From the NCBI GenBank assembly GCA_049976425.1, contig JBMFIG010000003.1, positions 1-64,000 on the forward strand: a stretch of 64,000 nucleotides of DNA. The letters run 5' to 3'. Each line of letters starts with the position of its first letter. The stretch's first letter is position 1. Positions 28,236 through 37,809 of this stretch are shown piece after piece. The position numbers and the translations under genes are program-made. A model generated the notes under the pieces. The model made no database searches and was not told where the DNA came from. It saw nothing but the letters and a program-made list of their open reading frames with translations. This stretch comes from Thermoproteus sp. (GTDB lineage Archaea > Thermoproteota > Thermoprotei > Thermoproteales > Thermoproteaceae).

Positions 28236-29180
28236 CCTATCCGCCATCAATTTGTAGAAGTCTATCACCGACTTCCCGTCCTTCTCCACAGGCTGTATCG
28301 CCGGCGGTATCTTCATGTAGTTGGGGTCGTACATGGACGCGTACCTCTCCTCGAACGTCGGCACCAGCTCGTTCTTGTACAGCACCCCCAGCGCGAATCT
28401 GTCCGGCTCGAGGATCTTCTCTATGGCCCGCTTCCTCTTCTCGTAGTCCTCCTTCTCGTCGTGGACGACCGGATCCCAAGTGGGGTCGTTGTCGAGCTTG
28501 TAGACCCTCTTCTCGTACCACTCCCTCGTCATTATGTTGTTGTACGTCACGCAGGGGCTGAATATCTGGACTATCGCCGAGCCCTTGTGCAGTATGGCCT
28601 CCTTGATTATCTTCGCGGTGTACTTTATGTCGTAGCTGTAGGCCCTGGCTATGAAGGTGAAGCCGGACGCAAGCGCCACCAGCAACGGGTTGAGGTCGGC
28701 GTGTGGATTGGGCTTTGACAAGGCCTTGGGCTGCATGCCCAGCGGCAGTGTGGGCCCCGCCTGGCCGCGCGTCAGTCCGTAGACCGCGTTGTCCATGAGT
28801 ATCACCGTGAAGTCGACGTTTCTGCGGCCCGCTCCCAGTATGTGGTTGCCGCCTATCGCGAAGAGGTCGCCGTCTCCGCCGACGACTATCACCTCCAGGT
28901 TGGGGTTGGCGAGCTTGAGGCCTATGGCGAAGGGTATGGCCCTGCCGTGGATTGTGTGCGCCGACACGGTCCTCACGTAGTGCGGCAACCTGCTACTACA
29001 GCCTATGCCCGAGACCAACACCGTCCGCGTCGGATCCATGTCGAGCTCGGCGAATACCTGCAACAAGGCCTGCAATGTGCCGAAGTGGCCGCAACCGGGG
29101 CACCACTCGGGCGGCTTGGTCCACTTGTAGTCCTGCGGCGTCCTCTTCAGCGATACCTTGATGGTTGTGGCGGCGGTCAT
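28227..29180 (-). CDS. 2-oxoacid:ferredoxin oxidoreductase beta subunit
   Basis: WCPGCG, GIGCS, HGRA, GGDGD, N.VYGLT.GQ and PCVTYN motifs. Confidence 0.94.
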   Translation of the reverse strand: MTAATTIKVSLKRTPQDYKWTKPPEWCPGCGHFGTLQALLQVFAELDMDPTRTVLVSGIGCSSRLPHYVRTVSAHTIHGRAIPFAIGLKLANPNLEVIVVGGDGDLFAIGGNHILGAGRRNVDFTVILMDNAVYGLTRGQAGPTLPLGMQPKALSKPNPHADLNPLLVALASGFTFIARAYSYDIKYTAKIIKEAILHKGSAIVQIFSPCVTYNNIMTREWYEKRVYKLDNDPTWDPVVHDEKEDYEKRKRAIEKILEPDRFALGVLYKNELVPTFEERYASMYDPNYMKIPPAIQPVEKDGKSVIDFYKLMADRLL

Positions 29181-31084
29181 AGATCCCACTCCAGCTCTAT
29201 CCTCTTCTCGCCCTTGGCGAAGCGCTCGTAGGCCTCCAACACGTCGTCTGTCGTGATGGGCCGCCCGTTGTACTTCACGGCCACCCCGTCGGCCGAGATC
29301 CCCGTGTACATCCTCACGAGCAACGAGCTCTGGGCCGTGTAGTTGCCCTCTATGAACAACGTCCTCCTGCCCTCCAAGTACTTCCTCACGAGGTCGGCGG
29401 GGAACGGGTAGAGGAGCCTCAACTGCAGGAAGCCCACCCCCGGCAACTTCTCAAGAGCCGAGAGTATCTGCAACTTCGTCGTGCCCCACGAGACTATTAC
29501 GGTGCCCGCGTCGGGAGGCCCGTAGTAGCGGACCTTGTCCTCGTCCGGTATCTCCCTCATAATTGTCTCGATCTTCCTCATGCGCTTGTCGTACATCTTC
29601 TTGACCATCTCGGTGTCCTCGTCGGGATCGCCCTCGGGGTCGTGCTCGAGGCTCACCACGTGGTACACGGCCTTGGATATGCCCGGCAGATATCTGATCG
29701 GCAACCCGTCCTTAGTTATCTCGTACCTGTTGGCGTCTCTCTCCTCCGGGAACACCACAGGCTGGGGCCGCTCTATCCTCACCGAGTAGGGATCCGGCGC
29801 CGGCATCACTGCGAACGTGTTAGAGAGGTCCTTATCCACCAGGTGGATCACCGGCACCTGGTACTTGTCGGCCCAATTCACGATCTTTATGGCGTCGTAG
29901 AACGCCTCCTCAAGATCCCCGCTGGCCAGGACTATCTTGGGGAACTCTCCATGGCCTATGAACAGCGAGTAGAAGAGGTCGTGCTGGCCGGTCCTCGTCG
30001 CGAGGCCCGTGCTCGGCCCAGCCCTGGACCACAGAGTGAGCACGACGCCCAGCTCCGCCATGCCCAACATGGATATGGTCTCCGCCATCAGGCTCATGCC
30101 GGGACTCGACGTGGCTGTCGCCGCCCGCGCCCCCGCCATCGCCGCCCCCGCCGCCGCCGCTATAGCGGCCAGCTCGTCCTCGGTCTGAAGAACCACGGCG
30201 CCCACGCGCTCCATGGCCTTGAGATCCTCCGAGACGGGCAGGACTGGGTAGGGCAGTTTCCTCTCGGCGAACATGGGATCGTCGCTGGCTGGGGTGATCG
30301 GGTAGAATGATATGAACCTCACCCCGCCCATTATCTTGCCTACGCTTACCGCCTCGTTCCCGTTCCAGTAGATCCGTTTTGTCTCGGGCGTCCTAGGCGC
30401 CAAGGTCTCCACGCGCTCCGTCACCATCTTGCCCACCTCGGCTGCGACCATCTTGTTCTGCTCTATGACCTCCTTCTTCCTCCCCAACGCAAAGGCGACG
30501 CCCCTCTCCACGTACTCGACGGGGAGGCCCAGGAGGGACGCGCCCACGGCCACCACTAGCGTGTTCACGAAGCGGGACAGCATGACCGGGGAGGTTACCC
30601 CTATCTTCCGCCCTACGTCCAGCAATATCTTGTTGAAGGGCAACCCCACCACCTTCACCCCCTGCGATTTCATGTACTCCACAGCGTTCTTGACTGTGGG
30701 CTCGAGCCCCTGCCTCTTGAAGAAGTCGGACAGCCTCTCCACCGCGGTCCTAGAGATCATGGTGAACGACTCGAGGGTCTTCCCGTCCTCCTCTGTGTTG
30801 TAGACGGCCACCCCGCCTCGCTCTACGTGGAATATGTGCTCGAACACGGCATGCCCGTCCATGAAAAGCGCGAGCTTCACCTTGTTGCCTATGCCGCCGG
30901 GAGGCCATCGATCGGCTATCCTGCCCACGAAATAACTGTGCCTCCCGCCCGCTATGTTGGACCAGAACTCTCTCCTGCCGTAGACGTAATACCCGGCGGA
31001 GCCCACGGCATAGATCAGCATTATTGACGCGGTCTCTACGCCCTTGCCTTGAGGGCCGCCGACCAAAAGGCTCACCTCAACCAT
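29177..31084 (-). CDS. 2-oxoacid:ferredoxin oxidoreductase alpha subunit (gamma-alpha fusion)
   Basis: GGPQGKGV, YPITPAS, EDE and R.GPSTG..T motifs. Confidence 0.94.
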   Translation of the reverse strand: MVEVSLLVGGPQGKGVETASIMLIYAVGSAGYYVYGRREFWSNIAGGRHSYFVGRIADRWPPGGIGNKVKLALFMDGHAVFEHIFHVERGGVAVYNTEEDGKTLESFTMISRTAVERLSDFFKRQGLEPTVKNAVEYMKSQGVKVVGLPFNKILLDVGRKIGVTSPVMLSRFVNTLVVAVGASLLGLPVEYVERGVAFALGRKKEVIEQNKMVAAEVGKMVTERVETLAPRTPETKRIYWNGNEAVSVGKIMGGVRFISFYPITPASDDPMFAERKLPYPVLPVSEDLKAMERVGAVVLQTEDELAAIAAAAGAAMAGARAATATSSPGMSLMAETISMLGMAELGVVLTLWSRAGPSTGLATRTGQHDLFYSLFIGHGEFPKIVLASGDLEEAFYDAIKIVNWADKYQVPVIHLVDKDLSNTFAVMPAPDPYSVRIERPQPVVFPEERDANRYEITKDGLPIRYLPGISKAVYHVVSLEHDPEGDPDEDTEMVKKMYDKRMRKIETIMREIPDEDKVRYYGPPDAGTVIVSWGTTKLQILSALEKLPGVGFLQLRLLYPFPADLVRKYLEGRRTLFIEGNYTAQSSLLVRMYTGISADGVAVKYNGRPITTDDVLEAYERFAKGEKRIELEWDL

Positions 31085-31195
31085 TAATGTTTCTGTAAAT
31101 TTGTATATTTATATTTTCTCATTAAACTTAGTCCACAATAATTTATGATAAGTAAAGCGAAAAACTGTAATAAATATAATTATTCAATTTTTATA

Positions 31196-31618
31196 TTAGA
31201 TAATTTTATCAATATGATGACTCGGGTACTGCCTTAAAATGTAGCAAGAAGTACGGCCGGGACACTCGCCGCGGATAGCCCCCAGCCCGCCCAGCGCCGC
31301 CTCGGAGCCTGCGAACAAGACGTAGATATCCCCCAGATCGCTGGGGCTCAAGCCGACGAGCAGGGAGAGCTCCTCGGCGTCGAGCGCCTCGACGACGGTC
31401 GCCTGGAAGCCCAAAAGCTCCGGCGCGAACCTTAAGCCGAACCTTAACGCGTCGACGAGCCCGTCCAGCCCCGGCCTGCGCCTCACCAAGACCCAGCTCC
31501 TCCTAACCGACAGCGACGGCGCCTCCAAGTATATGTAGAGCAGATTCTCGATGGGGGATACCGCCTTGTCCAGCCCGGCCGCGTCCGTATATATCCTAAG
31601 CCCGGAGCCGCGCGACAT
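31196..31618 (-). CDS. Hypothetical protein
   Basis: 140-aa ORF overlapping the marC stop, plausible codon usage, no recognised motif. Confidence 0.5.
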   Translation of the reverse strand: MSRGSGLRIYTDAAGLDKAVSPIENLLYIYLEAPSLSVRRSWVLVRRRPGLDGLVDALRFGLRFAPELLGFQATVVEALDAEELSLLVGLSPSDLGDIYVLFAGSEAALGGLGAIRGECPGRTSCYILRQYPSHHIDKII

Positions 31619-32189
31619 ACTGCGACACGCCCGACAGCACGAGCTCGGTGCCCGTGGTCGCTATGATCAACGCCATGAACCGCCCCAAGGCCCTCGCCGG
31701 TATCGGCCCGACGGCCTTAACGAGCCTGGCCCCAGCATAGAGCGTGGCGATGGACAACGCGGAGGCCGTCAGCGAGCCCAACAACGTGATAGCCGGGCCG
31801 TAGATCGTCGAGTACAATATCAACGTGGTCATTGTGCCGGGCCCCACTATAAGCGGCGTGGCGAGCGGCACCACGGCCGCCTCCTCCAGCTTGCCGCCTA
31901 ACGTGGCGGTGCTCCCGTGCACCAGCGTGATAACCGACGTGGACAGGATAATTATGCCGCCGGCTATCTTGAACCCGACTATGTCTATGTTTAGAGCCGA
32001 GAGGAGCGGGCCCCCGACCAAGGAGAATATGGACGAGAGCACTATGACCGCGATCGCCATAGCCCTAACGGCCTTCCTGAACTCCTGGGGGCGGTCCATG
32101 GCCATCTCGCCGACTATCCCCAGCTTGCCTATGGGGTTCTCTATGGCGTAGATCTGTCCCACCACCTCCACGAACTCGAGAGGGGTCAC
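31596..32189 (-). CDS. MarC family membrane protein
   Basis: NPIG, FKIAGGII and VPLATPLIVGPG motifs. Confidence 0.88.
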   Translation of the reverse strand: MTPLEFVEVVGQIYAIENPIGKLGIVGEMAMDRPQEFRKAVRAMAIAVIVLSSIFSLVGGPLLSALNIDIVGFKIAGGIIILSTSVITLVHGSTATLGGKLEEAAVVPLATPLIVGPGTMTTLILYSTIYGPAITLLGSLTASALSIATLYAGARLVKAVGPIPARALGRFMALIIATTGTELVLSGVSQYVARLRA

Positions 32190-32265
32190 GTCTAAAAATC
32201 CCGTTTAAAAATGTAAAAACGACGCGCCGCCGAGAACGCTTATATCCCGCGGCGGGCTACACTCC

Positions 32266-32619
32266 GTGGGCCTCGTCTACGTGGACATAGTCGTGAAGCA
32301 TGGGGACAGGAGAAGGGACGTAAGGGCTCTAGTCGATTCGGGAGCCACGTACACCGTGTTGAAGAGGGACGTGTGGGAGTATCTAGGGCTTAAGCCGATG
32401 GGCGAAATGGAGTTCGTCTTGGCCGACGGCACGACGATAAGGAGAGGCATCTCGGAAGCTCTAGTGGAGCTACCCGGCTACGGCGAGAGGCACACCCCCG
32501 TCGTCTTGGGCGAGAGCGAGGACGAGAACCTCCTCGGCGTCGTGACGCTGGAGATCTTCGGGCTGGTGCTCGACCCCTTTAGGAGAGAGCTTAGGCCTAT
32601 AAGGGCCTTGATGAAGTAA
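32266..32619 (+). CDS. Clan AA (retropepsin-like) aspartyl protease
   Basis: ALVDSGATYT, LADG and LLG..TLE motifs. Confidence 0.85.
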   Translation: MGLVYVDIVVKHGDRRRDVRALVDSGATYTVLKRDVWEYLGLKPMGEMEFVLADGTTIRRGISEALVELPGYGERHTPVVLGESEDENLLGVVTLEIFGLVLDPFRRELRPIRALMK

Positions 32620-32627
32620 AAAAGGGA

Positions 32628-33179
32628 TTATTTCTTGGGCTTAACCGGAGGCGGGCCTAGGAACGCGCCGGCCGGCTTCCCCCACATCTCGGCCAGGACT
32701 GGGGCAAAGGCGGCGTACCAGGCGGCCAACGCGGTCAGTATGCCCACATAGCCCCCGGCCACCGTGGCGCCTGCGGCTAGGAGGAAGAAGGTGATCCACA
32801 AGAGGAGGAACACGACGAACAGAGCCGCGTTGGCCCTAAACGTGCCTATCCACATGACGAAGGTAAATATGCCGAAGGCCCACAACACTATGGGGACGTA
32901 CGGCAGAGACTGCGGGAAGAAGGCCACCGTGAGGTAGAACCACTCCCAGAAGGCGCCGTATGTGAAGAAGGCTACGTAGCCGAATGTATTGCCCTTGAAG
33001 TACTCCAAAATACCAGCGACGAGCTGCGCCAGGCCTCCGTAGAACGCGGCTAAGCCGAGCACTACAGGCACGCCCTGCCCGCTGAGGAGGCCTGCGTTGA
33101 AGCTACTCAACACAAGCGTCGTCAACGCGAAGCCCGAGAGGCCTAGAGGCGCCGGATTTGCCGTACTTCCGTTTGCCAT
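32628..33179 (-). CDS. satP: Acetate uptake transporter (SatP/YaaH/GPR1-FUN34 family)
   Basis: NPAPLGL.GF signature, YGGLAQ, about 6 TM segments, downstream of acs. Confidence 0.92.
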   Translation of the reverse strand: MANGSTANPAPLGLSGFALTTLVLSSFNAGLLSGQGVPVVLGLAAFYGGLAQLVAGILEYFKGNTFGYVAFFTYGAFWEWFYLTVAFFPQSLPYVPIVLWAFGIFTFVMWIGTFRANAALFVVFLLLWITFFLLAAGATVAGGYVGILTALAAWYAAFAPVLAEMWGKPAGAFLGPPPVKPKK

Positions 33180-33272
33180 ATACTTAAGATATCTCGGATT
33201 TTAAAGTATTGATACTGAAGAAATCCCCTTTAATAAAGTAAAAATAAATATTCTTTACAAATATTTATTTTA

Positions 33273-35276
33273 TTATGATACTTCCTTTTTCAACTCCTCG
33301 TACGCCCTCTTCGCCTCCTCCACCGACGTCTCGTCCTCTAACGTGGTGACGTCGCCGAGGGGCGCCCCGGTCGCCACCGCCTTCAATAGGCGCCTCATTA
33401 TCTTGCCGGAGCGGGTCTTGGGGAGCTTCGTGACGAAGTATATCTGGGCCGGCTCGGCGATGGGGCCGACGGTGTTGCGTATGTGCTGGCGGAGCTCCTT
33501 CCTCAGCTCGTCGGTCCCGGCAACGCCTTGCTTCAACACGACGAACGCTATGGGTACCTCTCCCTTTATTGGGTCTGGTATGCCCACCACCGCCGCCTCC
33601 GCCACCGTGGGGTGCGATATAAGCGCAGACTCCAGCTCGTAGGTGCCTAGGCGGTGTCCGGCGACTTTGATCACCTCGTCGGCTCTCCCCAACACCCAGA
33701 TATAGCCGTCCTTATCCTTAATCGCGTAATCCCCAGCATAGAACATACCCGGGAACCTACTCCAGTAAGTCTTGATATAACGCTCGGGATCGCCCCAGAT
33801 AGTCTGGAGCATGCCGGGCCACGGCCTCTTGAGCACCAGATAGCCCTTGACGCCCGGCGGCACGGGCTTACCGTTGTCGTCGACTACGTCCGCCTCGAAG
33901 CCGGGGAGCGGCGGGCCGTTCGTGCCGGCCTTCATAGGCACCAGGTAGAGGCCCGGCGCGTGCGATATCACTATGCCCCCTGTCTCCGTCATCCACCACG
34001 TGGAGCCGAAGGCCACGTTCTGGTAGCCGAGGTTTGTATAGGCCCACCTCCACGCCTCGGGGTTTATGGGCTCGCCCACCGAGTGGATAATTCTGAGAGT
34101 CGACAGGTCGTGTTTCCTGGGCCACTCCTCGCCGAACCTCATGAAGGTCCTTATAGCCGTCGGCGAGGTGTACAGCACGGTGACGCCGTACCTCTCGATT
34201 ATCGACCACCAACGGTCGGGCTGCGGGAAGTCGGGGGCGCCCTCGTACATCACCTGCGTAGCGCCCATGAGCATGGGCCCGAGGACTATATACGAGTGGC
34301 CGGTGACCCAGCCTATGTCGGCGGTGCACCAGTATATGTCGTCGTCCCTCAGGTCGAAGACCCACTTCATGGTGGCGTAGACGTGGACGGCCCAGCCGCC
34401 CGTGTCGTGGACTATGCCCTTGGGCTTCCCGGTGGTGCCCGAGGTATACAGCATGTAGGCCGGGTGAGTGCTCTCTATCCTCTCGGGCTCGACGTAGGCG
34501 TTGTGCGGCACCCCGGCCATGGCGTTGTCCCAGAACCAGTCCCTGCCCTCCGTCATGGGCACGTCGTTGAGGCCGAGCCTCTTGTAGACTATGACGTTCT
34601 CCACCGAGGGCGCCTTCTCCAGGGCCTTGTCCACGATATCCTTAAGCCTCACCACCTTCCCCCTCCTCCAGAAGCCGTCCGCCGTTATCACGAGCCTGCT
34701 CTGCGAGTCGTTTATGCGGTCGGCCAACGCGTCGGCCGAGAAGCCCGAGAACACCACGTTGGTTATGGCGCCTATCCTCCACGCCGCGTGCATGGCTATG
34801 GGCAACTCGGGTATCATCGGCAGATACAGCGTTATGCGGTCGCCCTTCTTTATGCCGAAGTTGCTCCGCAACATGTACGCCACTCTGTTCACCTCTCTCC
34901 ATAGGTCGTAGTAGGTGAATTTCCTCCTGTCTGTGGGGTATCCTGTCTGGTCTACCGGCTCTCCTTCCCATATCAACGCCAGCTTGTTCTTACGCCAAGT
35001 CTTGACATGCCTATCGATAGCCAGATAGGAAAGGTTCAGCTCACCCCCGACAAACCACCTATAAAACGGCGGATTAGAAGCATCAAGAACCTTCTCCCAA
35101 GGCCTAAACCACTCAAGCTCCCTAGCGACGGAAGCCCAGTAGCCCTCTAGGTCCTCGACGGTGCGTCTATGGAGCTCCCAGTAGGCCTTTATAGCCTCGG
35201 GGCCCGCTCTATATCGCTCATTGGAGACGTATGTATCGAAGGGGAGCTTCACTTCGAGATCCTGGCCGGCCGACAT
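33273..35276 (-). CDS. acsA: AMP-forming acetyl-CoA synthetase
   Basis: YTSGTTGKPKG, ADIGWVTGHSY, WWMTETG and PKTRSGKIMRR motifs. Confidence 0.96.
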   Translation of the reverse strand: MSAGQDLEVKLPFDTYVSNERYRAGPEAIKAYWELHRRTVEDLEGYWASVARELEWFRPWEKVLDASNPPFYRWFVGGELNLSYLAIDRHVKTWRKNKLALIWEGEPVDQTGYPTDRRKFTYYDLWREVNRVAYMLRSNFGIKKGDRITLYLPMIPELPIAMHAAWRIGAITNVVFSGFSADALADRINDSQSRLVITADGFWRRGKVVRLKDIVDKALEKAPSVENVIVYKRLGLNDVPMTEGRDWFWDNAMAGVPHNAYVEPERIESTHPAYMLYTSGTTGKPKGIVHDTGGWAVHVYATMKWVFDLRDDDIYWCTADIGWVTGHSYIVLGPMLMGATQVMYEGAPDFPQPDRWWSIIERYGVTVLYTSPTAIRTFMRFGEEWPRKHDLSTLRIIHSVGEPINPEAWRWAYTNLGYQNVAFGSTWWMTETGGIVISHAPGLYLVPMKAGTNGPPLPGFEADVVDDNGKPVPPGVKGYLVLKRPWPGMLQTIWGDPERYIKTYWSRFPGMFYAGDYAIKDKDGYIWVLGRADEVIKVAGHRLGTYELESALISHPTVAEAAVVGIPDPIKGEVPIAFVVLKQGVAGTDELRKELRQHIRNTVGPIAEPAQIYFVTKLPKTRSGKIMRRLLKAVATGAPLGDVTTLEDETSVEEAKRAYEELKKEVS

Positions 35277-35687
35277 GCTTAAATATACGAGGATTTTTAT
35301 ATATCTATTGGTATAGACTAATGTCGTGTATACGAGGCAGAATAAAAATATACTAACAAAATATCACAGAAAAAGCGATATATCAGCTATTAGCGGCCGG
35401 TTACGTTTTACCGTATAGCATATTTTACATAACAATATAATTTAATATATTTACGTAAGTAATAAATGTAATTATATAAATTATTATATAGTATATTGAG
35501 CAATATATTTATCCCTATTCGTTGCCCGCCGCCGTCGCGGATACGCTCACGCCGGGTTTACCTGCTATTCTCTCGCCGGACGGCGTATAGTTAGGTTCGC
35601 TAGTGTCTACGGCCTCGGCGACCCATGTAGCTGTCAGACGGCTCAAAATGCCGATATACGCTCCGCAGGACCTAGAGTAGTCGCCGG

Positions 35688-35855
35688 CTAAGAACTTTCA
35701 AGCTCCTCTTTTAGGGCCCTATACATAACCTCTATGTGTCTATCAGGCTTGGCGGAGCCCACGGCGCGTCCGATCTCCCCGAAGAGGCGCCGGGCCTCCT
35801 CGCGCCTTCCGCTGTCCAGCAACGCCTTGACCAACATGAGCTTCAGGGCGAGCAC
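35688..35855 (-). CDS. Small helical (TPR-like) hypothetical protein, 55 aa
   Basis: Read manually from GTG: VLALKLMLVKALLDSGRREEARRLFGEIGRAVGSAKPDRHIEVMYRALKEELESS*. TATA-like element about 25 bp upstream. Below the ORF-track cutoff. Confidence 0.55.
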   Translation of the reverse strand: MLALKLMLVKALLDSGRREEARRLFGEIGRAVGSAKPDRHIEVMYRALKEELESS

Positions 35856-36013
35856 CTCCTCGCCGCTAGCCCCCGGCTTCTTAAATTTATTCCGGCGACG
35901 CGGGCAAGCGGTCTATAGACGCCGCGGGTAGTATTTGACATCCCGCTGGCCGGTCAGGCCTACGCCCAGCCAATAAGGGGAAAAGGATATAAGGCCGTCA
36001 ATTAAGGAGGGAC

Positions 36014-36103
36014 GGGCCGGTAGTCTAGCGGAAGGACGCCCAGGGCCGAGCCCGCGTACGCCTCGCGCGCGGGAGATCCCGGGTTCGAATCCCGGCCGGT
36101 CCA
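36014..36103 (+). tRNA. tRNA-Ala(CGC) with an 18-nt non-canonical intron at position 29/30 (36042-36059)
   Basis: GGGCCGGTAGTCTAGCGGAAGGACGCCC[AGGGCCGAGCCCGCGTAC]GCCT-CGC-GCGCGGG...CCGGTCCA. G3:U70 pair, BHB helix ACGC/GCGT. Confidence 0.93.
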
Positions 36104-36204
36104 CTCATCTGGATAGGCGATAGCTGGCCTTTTGCCGAAACACCATATAGCCTCTTTAGCTCTATGTATGGCCTATCGATGCCCGTCGGCCAAAGGATTA
36201 ATAG

Positions 36205-36642
36205 ATGGGCTCCGGGAGTGCCGTGGAGCCTCTCGACTGCGAGGAGTACGACAGATGGATTAGGCAGGCGGAATACACGTACAGGTCGATAGAGGGAGAC
36301 ATGGGGCTTCAGGCATACGCTTGGGCTTGCTTCAAGGCGCAGCAAGCGGCGGAGTTCGCCGTCAAGGCGCTTCTGAGGGCTCTCGGCAAGCCCGCCTTCG
36401 GCCACAACCTGGTCGCGTTGTTCAACGAGCTCTCGGGCCTCTGCGGCGGCGTTGACGAGAGGCTCAAGTTCTGCGTTGGTTACTTGGACAAGATGTACGT
36501 CACGCCGCGTTGCCCCGACGCCTTGGCCGAGGGCGTCCCGTACGAGCGGTATACCCGCGAGGAGGCTGTCGAGGCGGCCGAATGCGCCCGGGCCCTAATC
36601 GACTGGGTGAAGGGGTGTTCGCCGTGCCGATCGACGAGGTGA
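36205..36642 (+). CDS. HEPN domain protein (partner of MNT)
   Basis: W..QA, YAWACFKAQQAAE.AVKALL, GHNL..L and LDKMY..R motifs. Confidence 0.88.
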   Translation: MGSGSAVEPLDCEEYDRWIRQAEYTYRSIEGDMGLQAYAWACFKAQQAAEFAVKALLRALGKPAFGHNLVALFNELSGLCGGVDERLKFCVGYLDKMYVTPRCPDALAEGVPYERYTREEAVEAAECARALIDWVKGCSPCRSTR

Positions 36643-36995
36643 TAAGGGCGAGGCTTCTGGAGAGGGAGGCCGTCGTGGACGAGCTGAGGCGGTACGCGGA
36701 GAGGCTCAAGGAGCGGCTGGGCAAGGTGACCGTCATCCTCTACGGCTCCTACGCGAGGGGCGACTTCAACCTCTGGAGCGACGTCGACGCGGTGGTGATA
36801 TCGGAGCGCTTCGCCGGCGTGGACTTCGTGGTGAGGTGCGTGGAGCTCTCCGACGCGCCGCCTAGGCTGGAGCCCATATGCTGGACCCCCGAGGAGGCTC
36901 TGAAGGCCCTTTCCAAGCCCTGGTGGCGCGAGGCCCTCCGCGGCGCCGTCGTCATCCTGGACGATTACGGGATGGCGCGGCTTCTGGAGGCGTAA
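36624..36995 (+). CDS. Minimal nucleotidyltransferase (MNT)
   Basis: LYGSYARGDF...SDVD motif, overlaps the HEPN gene. Confidence 0.88.
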   Translation: MPIDEVIRARLLEREAVVDELRRYAERLKERLGKVTVILYGSYARGDFNLWSDVDAVVISERFAGVDFVVRCVELSDAPPRLEPICWTPEEALKALSKPWWREALRGAVVILDDYGMARLLEA

Positions 36996-37024
36996 AGCTT
37001 TAAGCATCGGGCGCACCGCCCCAG

Positions 37025-37732
37025 GTGTCGATCGCGCTGTTCGCCGACCTGGACGGGACTTTGGTGCCTCCGGAGCTTATGAGGAGGGACCCCTCCCTCC
37101 CTCTAGAGCTGGAGTACGCCTTGAGGGAGCTGGCCCACAGAATCCCCTTCGCGGTCGTGACCACCAAGGAGTGCGGCCTCGCCGCGAGGGCCGTGCCCTT
37201 CGCGGCGGCCTACGCGTGCGTGAACGGCATAGAGGTCAGGGCGGGCGGCTACGTGGCGATAGCCGAGGGTCTCAAGTCGGCTGAGCTGGACCGCGTCCTC
37301 AGATCCGCCGGCACGCTGGACGCGTTGGTGGAGGCCAAGAGGACTTGGGACGGGAGGCTCGCCGGCGTCACGATAGACTGGAGGGAGCGCGGCGCCCCGC
37401 CCCGCGGGCTCGAGCAGGTCCTGAACACGGCCGCTTCCCTAGGCCTCAAGGTGGTGAGGTACTCGCGCCACCCCTTCGTCGACATATACGGCGCCGACGT
37501 GGATAAGGGACGTGCCGTGAGGCTCCTCAAGGCGCTCCTCGGCGTGGAGCACGTGGTCTACATGGGCGATAGCGAGAACGACCTGCCGGCCTGGGCGGAG
37601 GCCGACGTGAGGATTGTCGTGAGGCACGCCCTCAATAGGGATCTTCCGGTGGAGGGAGCTATACCGATCGCCTACGAAGAGCTCCCGAGGTACGTCAGAC
37701 AGGTCTTGGCCAATCTCGAGTCGGCCAAGTAG
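37025..37732 (+). CDS. HAD-IIB family phosphatase
   Basis: DLDGTL, VTT, DKG.AV and GDSENDL motifs. Confidence 0.85.
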   Translation: MSIALFADLDGTLVPPELMRRDPSLPLELEYALRELAHRIPFAVVTTKECGLAARAVPFAAAYACVNGIEVRAGGYVAIAEGLKSAELDRVLRSAGTLDALVEAKRTWDGRLAGVTIDWRERGAPPRGLEQVLNTAASLGLKVVRYSRHPFVDIYGADVDKGRAVRLLKALLGVEHVVYMGDSENDLPAWAEADVRIVVRHALNRDLPVEGAIPIAYEELPRYVRQVLANLESAK

Positions 37733-37809
37733 CCGCGTCTCTGCCGAGGCGCCCTCTCGGGAAATATTTAAATGACGTGGCCACGTGCCCCCGTGTCGAG
37801 GGGGGTCTC

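Noticed and set aside
31085-31200. AT-rich stretch upstream of the oxidoreductase as a possible origin
   Set aside because: Short and directly upstream of an operon start, consistent with an ordinary regulated promoter
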